In this document: in pieces, positions 9,220 to 15,855 of the stretch
How the letters are laid out: every line of letters starts with the position of its first letter
How positions within the stretch are numbered: the first letter of the stretch is position 1
From: a virus
Lineage: Duplodnaviria > Caudoviricetes
Virus record (IMG/VR): IMGVR_UViG_3300020340_000001
Span: 1 to 61,976 of that record
DNA: 61,976 nucleotides
Reading direction: 5' to 3' (one strand)
The notes under the pieces: generated by a model
What the model saw: the letters and a program-made list of their open reading frames with translations, nothing else
Told to the model about the DNA's origin: nothing
Databases searched by the model: none
Made by a program: the position numbers and the translations under genes

Positions 9220-9493
9220 AAGATTACGAGGCAAAGGTGTTAAACCTGCCATGCTACATGTAAACGTGCGACTACCTCAGTATGTACTAGACTACTTCAA
9301 AGAGTTTCCTAGTTACACCAAGGAGATGCGAAGAGTGCTTGAGGAACACGTCAACAAAGCAGACAAGGAAGGGGCTACGCAAGTAGCCCTAGACCAACCA
9401 CGCTGGCAAGACATTCTTGCTGATGATAAGAACTGGCCCGACGATGGAGGCATTGTCGGAATAAAGGAGAACGATGATGAAGATTACAGTTAG
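9203..9493 (+). CDS. Ribbon-helix-helix DNA-binding protein (BrnA/CopG-like)
   Basis: VNVRLPQYVLDYFK...YTKEMRRVLEEHV resembles an RHH strand-helix-helix; GGAGG SD before TTG. Confidence 0.55.
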   Translation: MNSTTKRLRGKGVKPAMLHVNVRLPQYVLDYFKEFPSYTKEMRRVLEEHVNKADKEGATQVALDQPRWQDILADDKNWPDDGGIVGIKENDDEDYS

Positions 9494-9689
9494 ATTAGAT
9501 AACGTTAATCCTGATGGTGAAGAGTTACAGTTGGGTGTAGACGAAGCACTTCTCGAAATGAAGAAGCGTTGTCAGTTAGGACAAATAACTCAAAAGGAAT
9601 ACAAAGCTTGGCTAAAGCACCTCAAGGAATCTTTTGATTATGTTGATAATGTTTGGACATCATTAGGAAATGAGGAGAGCTTACAATGA
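9474..9689 (+). CDS. Hypothetical protein
   Basis: GGAGAACG RBS, 71 aa. Confidence 0.7.
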   Translation: MMKITVRLDNVNPDGEELQLGVDEALLEMKKRCQLGQITQKEYKAWLKHLKESFDYVDNVWTSLGNEESLQ

Positions 9690-9883
9690 GTGAAATGTTT
9701 TTTGTAGATATAGATGGGGACAAATGGCAGTACGAACTGAGTACTGACCCCCCACAAGCTGTGTACTGGGATACCTATAAAGTAAAACTAAGAGACATAA
9801 AGATCATAACTAAATGCTCACCCGAAGAACGTAAAAGGTTGAAAGGTGAGATTCTTAAAGACATAAAGGAGAACGAAAAATGA
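9686..9883 (+). CDS. Hypothetical protein
   Basis: GAGGAG SD; ATGA-coupled to both neighbours, including tasA. Confidence 0.7.
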   Translation: MSEMFFVDIDGDKWQYELSTDPPQAVYWDTYKVKLRDIKIITKCSPEERKRLKGEILKDIKENEK

Positions 9884-10746
9884 GTAACTTAAAAACTATA
9901 GTACGTGGAGCATACGACATCCAGAAGAACCGCATCCAAACTGGCAACCGTATTGTCGGTAACTTCAAAGCCAAGCTAGGTCTTGCTCCTAGCCAGAAGG
10001 AAGATAAGTTAGACAAGGCGGGACAGATGGTTCTGCAAAACCTGCGAAGGTCACATAAACTTTTGACCGACGGAGTTGCTTCCTTCCCAAGACAAGCCAC
10101 ATTCAAAGGTGACGAGGTGATTAGTGATTACACCGAGTTGTGTCTGGTAGATAACTACTTGGAGTTAGAACAGCAGGAGAAGTCTCACTTCCGAAGGTTG
10201 GGTAACATCTTGAAAGACTACCCTATCTACACCGAGTTTCTCGCTGGGGTTACAGGCGTTGGTCCTGCTATGGCAGGGGTAATCATTAGTGAGATTGATA
10301 TTACTCAAGCCGAGTATCCTTCTAGCCTACACAAGTATGCAGGGTTGGATGTAGCAGGTGACGGACAAGGACGCAGCAGAAGAAAGGAACACCTTGAGGA
10401 CAGTGAGTACACCGATAAGGATGGTAAGGTGCAATCCAAGAAAGGTATCACGTTTAATCCTTTTCTTAAAACTAAACTCACAGGCGTATTGGGTAGTAGT
10501 TTTATCAAACAGTCGCCAGACAAGTGTAAGTATCGTAAAATATATGACGATTACAAACACCGTATTGAGAACATGGATGCCCATAAGGAGAAGTCCAAAC
10601 TGCACAGGCATAACATGGCTAATCGTTACATGATTAAAATGTTCTTGATTGATCTGTACAACGAGTGGCGCAAGTTAGAAGGTTTACCTGTTGCACCTAC
10701 TTACACAGAAGCAAAGCTAGGCAAAGTACATGGCAAAGCTGCCTAA
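9880..10746 (+). CDS. tasA: TasA-like Nop-domain RNA-guided DNA-binding protein (IS110/Nop family, no RuvC or HNH domain)
   Basis: N-terminal coiled coil VRGAYDIQKNRIQTGNR; IS110/Nop-like core FLAGVTGVGPAMAGVIISEI...SSLHKYAGL, FNPFLKTKL, YRKIYDDYKHR, HRHNMANRYMIKMFLIDLY; stop lies 3 nt before the dual-repeat array. Confidence 0.85.
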   Translation: MSNLKTIVRGAYDIQKNRIQTGNRIVGNFKAKLGLAPSQKEDKLDKAGQMVLQNLRRSHKLLTDGVASFPRQATFKGDEVISDYTELCLVDNYLELEQQEKSHFRRLGNILKDYPIYTEFLAGVTGVGPAMAGVIISEIDITQAEYPSSLHKYAGLDVAGDGQGRSRRKEHLEDSEYTDKDGKVQSKKGITFNPFLKTKLTGVLGSSFIKQSPDKCKYRKIYDDYKHRIENMDAHKEKSKLHRHNMANRYMIKMFLIDLYNEWRKLEGLPVAPTYTEAKLGKVHGKAA

Positions 10747-10749
10747 GTA

Positions 10750-11668
10750 ATTGGGTCATCAGTGAGTAGACAACCATATCCGACAAACGAGTCAGAAACT
10801 CAAAGACAACCATGCAGAATGAACGAGTCAGGATGCTGTAGACAACCAAGCGGGCGGAACGAGTCAGAAACTCAAAGACAACCATCAACGCTTAACGAGT
10901 CAGAAATCAAAAGACAACCATGTGAAATGAACGAGTCATTAAAGAAGAGACAACCACTGGAAGGAAACGAGTCAGTAGATTGGAGACAACCATGCTTTCT
11001 CAACGAGTCAGAGAACAAAAGACAACCAGTGCCGACAAACGAGTCAGGCAAAGAGGAGACAACCATATTCAGTGAACGAGTCAGGAATTCTGAGACAACC
11101 AAATAAAATAAACGAGTCATTTTGGGGTAGACAACCACTGGAATTAACGAGTCATATGAATCAAGACAACCACACTGGGTAAACGAGTCAAGAAAAATCA
11201 GGTCACTTTTGGCAAAACAACCATGCAGTACGAGCGAGTCAGAAATGCGCAGACAACCAAAGACGCTGAACGAGTCATGATGAGGCAGACAACCAGACAC
11301 TCTGAACGAGTCAACCCTAATTAGACAACCAAGAACAGAGAACGAGTCAGAGGGTAAAATACACCCAGAAAAGCGCAACGAGTCACAAGCGAACAGACAA
11401 CCAGAAGAGCAAAACGAGGCAACGAGTGTGAGACAACCACCGACCAAAAACGAGTGCCACTAACCAAAGCACAACCAATAGCTCAGAGCGAGTCATTTAA
11501 GGCACGACAACCAACTTGGTCTAACGAGTCAGAACGTGCGAGACAACCATTTAGCTTGTACGAGTCAAAGTAGGGGAGACAACCAGTTAGCCTAAACGAG
11601 TCACACCATTCGAGACAACCAGTGGTTAAGAGCGAGTCAATAGTGTTAGACACCCACACTTTTAAACG
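10750..11668 (+). repeat. TIGR-type tandem interspaced guide RNA array, 25 units of about 36 nt
   Basis: Alternating conserved 9-mers AACGAGTCA and AGACAACCA separated by variable spacers, nearly all 9 nt (a few 8 or 10); parsed unit by unit. Confidence 0.92.
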
Positions 11669-11707
11669 CTTAACTTCAGATATCTATAGATATCTCGTTG
11701 CAACTTG

Positions 11708-11732
11708 ACCCCGCCCTGTGCGGGGTTTTTTT
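11708..11732 (+). terminator. Rho-independent terminator closing the tasA-array transcript
   Basis: ACCCCGC-CCTGT-GCGGGGT followed by a T-run. Confidence 0.9.
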
Positions 11733-11737
11733 GTGCC

Positions 11738-11766
11738 TTTACAAAGTCCAACAGTTGCGCTATCCT
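11738..11766 (+). promoter_or_regulatory. Putative sigma70 promoter for the replication module
   Basis: TTTACA-N17-TATCCT, 5 nt before ATG 11772. Confidence 0.6.
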
Positions 11767-11771
11767 ACCCT

Positions 11772-12092
11772 ATGGCTTTAACTCCAGAAAAGAAAGTTAA
11801 GAACAAAGTAGTAGATATACTAAAGCAACATAAAGCCTACTACTTCTTTCCGGCTACGTATGGCATGGGTCGAAGTGGAGTGCCGGACATTGTGTGTTGT
11901 TATCATGGGCACTTTGTTGGCATAGAATGTAAGGCAGGTACAAACAAACCGACTGCGCTGCAACAAAGAGAACTTGCAGCTATTAAAGGAGCAGGAGGTT
12001 CGTCTTGTGTAATCAACGAGGACAATATGCCCTCACTAGTAACTCTTTTGAATAACATAAACGAAGCGCATAATGGAAATTCTGACCCTTGA
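11772..12092 (+). CDS. VRR-NUC domain nuclease / Holliday junction resolvase
   Basis: TPEKKVK...GRSGVPDI...FVGIECKAG..KPTALQ: PD-(D/E)XK VRR-NUC signature. Confidence 0.88.
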   Translation: MALTPEKKVKNKVVDILKQHKAYYFFPATYGMGRSGVPDIVCCYHGHFVGIECKAGTNKPTALQQRELAAIKGAGGSSCVINEDNMPSLVTLLNNINEAHNGNSDP

Positions 12093-13935
12093 TTTTGAGA
12101 CCTATTACTCCAAAGATTACAGCTTAAGCAAACTGACTACCGAAGAATACGTTAGAGATTCTCGTTTTGAAGTCATCGGTGTGGCTGTTAAAAAGTCTAG
12201 CTTTGCCAAGGGCAGGAACTATCATCATCGAGATGCTGCTGGGCCAATGTGGTGTACTGGCAGTAAAAAACAAATCGCAAAGTTTTTGTCTCAGTTTGAT
12301 TGGTCAAACTCTGTGGCTGTCGCCCACAACGCTATGTTCGACATGGCTATCCTTAACTGGCACTTTGGAATCAAACCCAAAAAGATTGCCGATACCCTTT
12401 CCATGTCTCGTGCTTTGCACGCTATCGAAGTCAGTCATGGATTGGCTGCGCTCTCGGAATACTATGCGCTAGGTAAAAAAGGAACTGAGGTGCATGACGC
12501 AATAGGCAAGAAGCGTTTAGATTTCACACCGGAAGAAATAGAAGCCTATGGTGGATACTGCATACAAGACGTTGAACTTACTTTCAAACTATTCCAAGAA
12601 TTTTTGAACCGTGGTTTTTCGGTGACCGAACTTAACCTGATTGACCTGACTATACGCATGTTCACTGAACCTGCTTTAGAACTGGATATCGAGGTACTCA
12701 CCGGGCACTTGGAAGGCGTTCTAGCTACTAAAGCAGAACTAATGGACAAGGTTAGCCACGAAAAAACTAAACTAACCAGTAATCCGCAGTTTGCCGAGCT
12801 GCTTCAGGAGTACGGTGTCAAACCCCCTGTAAAAATAAGTCTCACCACAGGCAAGGAGACGTTTGCCTTTGCCAAAAGTGACGAAGGCTTTAAGGCTCTA
12901 CAGGACCACGAAAATCCGTCGGTACAAGCTCTTGTGGCTGCTAGACTAGGTGTAAGGTCTACCATCGAAGAAAAACGCACGGAGCGATTTATATCCATAG
13001 GGAAAAGAGGGAAGCTACCCATACCTTTGCGTTATTACGCAGCCCACACAGGCAGATGGGGCGGGGATGACAAGATTAATATGCAAAACTTACCACGAGG
13101 CAGTGCGCTTAAAAAAGCTATGTGCGCTCCAGAAGGGTACAAGTTTGTAGACTGTGACCTGTCTCAGATAGAGGCACGGACTCTGGCGTGGTTGGCCGAG
13201 GAAGAGGAATTGGTCCAAGCGTTCGACAGGGGTGATGATGTGTACAAGATAATGGCCTCTGCTATCTACGATAAACCTGAAGAGGATATATCAAAAGAAG
13301 AACGGTTCGTGGGTAAGACTACTATATTAGGTGCAGGATATGGCATGGGGGCCGTTAAATTTAGAAATCAACTTAAAACATTCGGTGTAGAACTGGAACA
13401 AGAGGAATGTGACCGCATCATAAATGTATACAGAACCACTTATAAGAACATACCGAAGCTCTGGCGCAGTGCAGGAAAGTCGCTGAAACAGATAATGAAC
13501 GACAAATGTACTAAGTTTGGTCGCCCTGATGTGATTACAGTAGAGGGAGACAAGGGGATTTTGCTACCTAATGGGTTGCATGTGAAGTACCCTAACTTAC
13601 GTACTGTGACTGATGAACTGGGTGATACAGAGACTCTGTATGACACCCGGAGAGGTAAGGCTATTGTGTCTACTAGAATATATGGAGGTAAGGTCATCGA
13701 GAACGTGTGTCAGGCGTTGGCGAGAATTGTCATTGGAGAACAACTACTTAGGGTAGCTAAACGGTACAAAGTAGTGATGACGGTGCATGATGCAATAGGT
13801 TGTATTGTGCCTGAAAAAGAAGTAGAACAAGGGTTAAAATACGTTGAAGATTGTATGAAGACAAGACCTGTTTGGGCATCTGATCTACCTTTAGATTGCG
13901 AGGGTGGGTACGGTGATTCTTACGGAGCTTGTTGA
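12073..13935 (+). CDS. polA: Family A DNA polymerase with 3'-5' exonuclease
   Basis: Exo motifs LDFET, AHNAMFD, YCIQD; motif A DLSQIEAR, motif B RFVGKTTILGAGYG, motif C VHDA. Confidence 0.95.
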   Translation: MEILTLDFETYYSKDYSLSKLTTEEYVRDSRFEVIGVAVKKSSFAKGRNYHHRDAAGPMWCTGSKKQIAKFLSQFDWSNSVAVAHNAMFDMAILNWHFGIKPKKIADTLSMSRALHAIEVSHGLAALSEYYALGKKGTEVHDAIGKKRLDFTPEEIEAYGGYCIQDVELTFKLFQEFLNRGFSVTELNLIDLTIRMFTEPALELDIEVLTGHLEGVLATKAELMDKVSHEKTKLTSNPQFAELLQEYGVKPPVKISLTTGKETFAFAKSDEGFKALQDHENPSVQALVAARLGVRSTIEEKRTERFISIGKRGKLPIPLRYYAAHTGRWGGDDKINMQNLPRGSALKKAMCAPEGYKFVDCDLSQIEARTLAWLAEEEELVQAFDRGDDVYKIMASAIYDKPEEDISKEERFVGKTTILGAGYGMGAVKFRNQLKTFGVELEQEECDRIINVYRTTYKNIPKLWRSAGKSLKQIMNDKCTKFGRPDVITVEGDKGILLPNGLHVKYPNLRTVTDELGDTETLYDTRRGKAIVSTRIYGGKVIENVCQALARIVIGEQLLRVAKRYKVVMTVHDAIGCIVPEKEVEQGLKYVEDCMKTRPVWASDLPLDCEGGYGDSYGAC

Positions 13936-13938
13936 AAA

Positions 13939-14145
13939 GTATGAGGTTTTTTAGGTTATTTTTCCTCATACGGCCCTAGCAGGGGGTGGGTCAAAACCTC
14001 CCGCAATATGTGACCAGTTTCATTCACTCTCCATAGTGCGCTTCGTTCTCTCTATGGCGTTCTCCGATACTGGTGTGCATATCGGTTAAACCACGCTACG
14101 GTTAGTCGTGCCTTAAGGGTTTTTCCTTTTCTCCTCAGAGGCACG
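13939..14145 (+). ncRNA. Putative structured intergenic RNA
   Basis: Several nested or adjacent inverted repeats: GTATGAGG/CCTCATAC, ATATGT-G-ACCAGT/ACTGGT-GT-GCATAT, CCATAG/CTATGG, CGTGCCT/AGGCACG; no credible ORF. Confidence 0.45.
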
Positions 14146-14164
14146 CATTGAATTTGAGGTTAAT

Positions 14165-14290
14165 ATGAAAATAAATATAGAACTTGATGACCACGATACC
14201 GCAGACAAATACATCGAACGTTTGCTCACTGTGTTAGAGCGTATAGCTGATGCGCTAGAAGATGAAGCGGAGGGTAGTGATGACGGATGA
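14165..14290 (+). CDS. Small acidic protein (41 aa), not in ORF track
   Basis: GAGGT SD; MKINIELDDHDTADKYIERLLTVLERIADALEDEAEGSDDG*. Confidence 0.6.
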   Translation: MKINIELDDHDTADKYIERLLTVLERIADALEDEAEGSDDG

Positions 14291-14459
14291 TTTGCGTACC
14301 AACACTTGCCCAAAGTGTAAAGCTACCTCAGACCAAGTTTTAAATATGGAAACAGGTAAGCGAGTTGGATGGTATTGTCTGAAGTGTCACTATTTTGAAG
14401 AAGCTATACTACGTGAAACAGTCATAACAGAAGCTGACATAAAGAAAGTACGTATATAA
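14280..14459 (+). CDS. Small zinc-ribbon protein
   Basis: CPKC...WYCLKC; probable start ATG 14280. Confidence 0.65.
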   Translation: MTDDLRTNTCPKCKATSDQVLNMETGKRVGWYCLKCHYFEEAILRETVITEADIKKVRI

Positions 14460-14469
14460 GGAGAGGACC

Positions 14470-14892
14470 ATGCTCTATGAATACAACTGTATTATTCGAT
14501 CTATTACAGACGGTGATGGACTACGTGTGGACATCGACTTGGGTTTTGGGGTTACTCTTAGGGGCGATGATGGCAGGGGGGTTAACATTCGTTTGCATGG
14601 AATTGACGCACCCGAATCTAGGACTCGAAATAAACAGGAGAAAGCACATGGCCTTCTTGCAAAGAAGTTCGTCCAAGAACATTGCCAAGTCGGGGAGAGG
14701 TACATCCTCCGAACAAAAGAGAAAGGAAAATTTGGAAGATGGTTGGGCGAGATTAAAACGAGAAAGGGACTTATTACAAAACTACTTATCAAGAACAAAC
14801 TCGCAGTTGAGTATCATGGGCAGAATAAAAAAGAAATTAAAGCAGCTCACGAGACGAATCGTAAAGCGTTAGTTGAAGCCGGGTTGTTATGA
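14470..14892 (+). CDS. Thermonuclease (SNase-like)
   Basis: DGD...VDIDLGF...IRLHGIDAPE...GKFGRWLG. Confidence 0.88.
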   Translation: MLYEYNCIIRSITDGDGLRVDIDLGFGVTLRGDDGRGVNIRLHGIDAPESRTRNKQEKAHGLLAKKFVQEHCQVGERYILRTKEKGKFGRWLGEIKTRKGLITKLLIKNKLAVEYHGQNKKEIKAAHETNRKALVEAGLL

Positions 14893-15551
14893 CCGCTTGG
14901 AGCTACAGTAGTATAAGTACGTTTAAGCAATGCCCTAAGAAGTATTATCACTTAAAGGTAGCTAGAGACGTGAAGGATGTAGGCAGCTCTGCAATGCTTT
15001 ACGGTAACGAACTTCATAGTGCTGCTGAAGAATACATAAGAGATGGAAACTCACTACCTGATAAATTTAGTTTTATTCAAAAGAGTTTAGATTCTCTGAA
15101 TAAGATAGAAGGAGATAAACATTGCGAGATACGGATGGGTATTACCAAGGATGGCACTAATTATTCACCATCAAAGTTTTTTGGGAAGAATGTATGGTGG
15201 CGTGGGATAGCAGACTTACTAATAACTAACGGTGATAAGGCGTATTTAATAGATTACAAAACAGGAAAGAGCGCTAGGTATGCAGATACTAAGCAACTTG
15301 ATCTATTAGCGGCAGCTACTTTTACACACTTTCCTGAGATCAAACACATAAAGTCTGCTTTACTATATGTAGTAAGTAATGAGTTTGTAAGCAAAGAACA
15401 TAAAGCGGAACTCTACAAATCTTACTTCACAGTTTTTGATGACGAGTTGGAAAGACTAGAGGTGGCTATGGAGAAAGAAGTATGGAACGCAGTGGATGGT
15501 CCTTTGTGTGCATACTGTCCGGTCACTAGTTGTGAACACAACAGGAGGTAA
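14889..15551 (+). CDS. PD-(D/E)XK exonuclease (Cas4/RecB-like)
   Basis: WSYSSISTFKQCP, GIADLL, DYKTG, QL, C-terminal CAYCP...C. Confidence 0.88.
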   Translation: MTAWSYSSISTFKQCPKKYYHLKVARDVKDVGSSAMLYGNELHSAAEEYIRDGNSLPDKFSFIQKSLDSLNKIEGDKHCEIRMGITKDGTNYSPSKFFGKNVWWRGIADLLITNGDKAYLIDYKTGKSARYADTKQLDLLAAATFTHFPEIKHIKSALLYVVSNEFVSKEHKAELYKSYFTVFDDELERLEVAMEKEVWNAVDGPLCAYCPVTSCEHNRR

Positions 15552-15552
15552 C

Positions 15553-15855
15553 ATGCCTAAGAAACGAAATTACAAAAGAGAGTACGAGAATTATCAAGGC
15601 ACGGAAGAGCAGAAAAAGAATCGTGCTAAACGTAACGCAGCCAGACGCAAAGCCGTACGAAAAGGAAAAGTAACAAAGGGCGATGGTAAAGATGTAGCGC
15701 ACAAGAAGGCTATATCAAAAGGCGGTAAGAATTCAGGTAATACTAAAGTAGAGTCAGCCGCAAAAAATCGGTCCTTCAAACGAAACTCTAGCGGTAAATT
15801 GGTGTCTGAAAGAAGTACAAGAGAAAGGAAAAGTAATGCACGTAATAAACGATAG
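15553..15855 (+). CDS. HNH-like basic protein
   Basis: DGKDVAHKKAISKGG.N...NRS; ATG after GGAGG. Confidence 0.65.
   Translation: MPKKRNYKREYENYQGTEEQKKNRAKRNAARRKAVRKGKVTKGDGKDVAHKKAISKGGKNSGNTKVESAAKNRSFKRNSSGKLVSERSTRERKSNARNKR

Noticed and set aside
9880-10746. IS110/IS116 transposase (insertion sequence)
   Set aside because: Only the coiled-coil and Nop-like part is present. There is no N-terminal DEDD RuvC domain and no obvious catalytic SG loop, and the gene is RBS-coupled into the phage operon and followed by a guide-type array.
10762-11447. ORFs 10762-11106 (+), 10872-11447 (-) and 10697-10888 (-)
   Set aside because: Their 12-aa periodicity (RQP...NES) is a by-product of the 36-nt array; frames break at 8- and 10-nt spacers and there is no RBS.
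11460-11495. A tRNA gene in the array
   Set aside because: Only two short D-arm fragments in opposite orientations; no cloverleaf. No tRNA gene was recognised anywhere in the window.
11532-11594. Self-targeting by guides 22 and 23 (partial similarity near 1519 and 818)
   Set aside because: Only about 10 contiguous matching nt of 18, compatible with chance. No full self-match was seen by eye, though an exhaustive search was not possible.
10750-11668. CRISPR array
   Set aside because: Repeats and spacers are 9 nt with two alternating repeats; no 23-47 nt repeat and no cas genes.
14889-15551. Cas4 as a spacer-acquisition gene for the array
   Set aside because: Such PD-(D/E)XK exonucleases are routine in phage replication modules; it lies 3 kb away in another transcription unit with no Cas1/Cas2.
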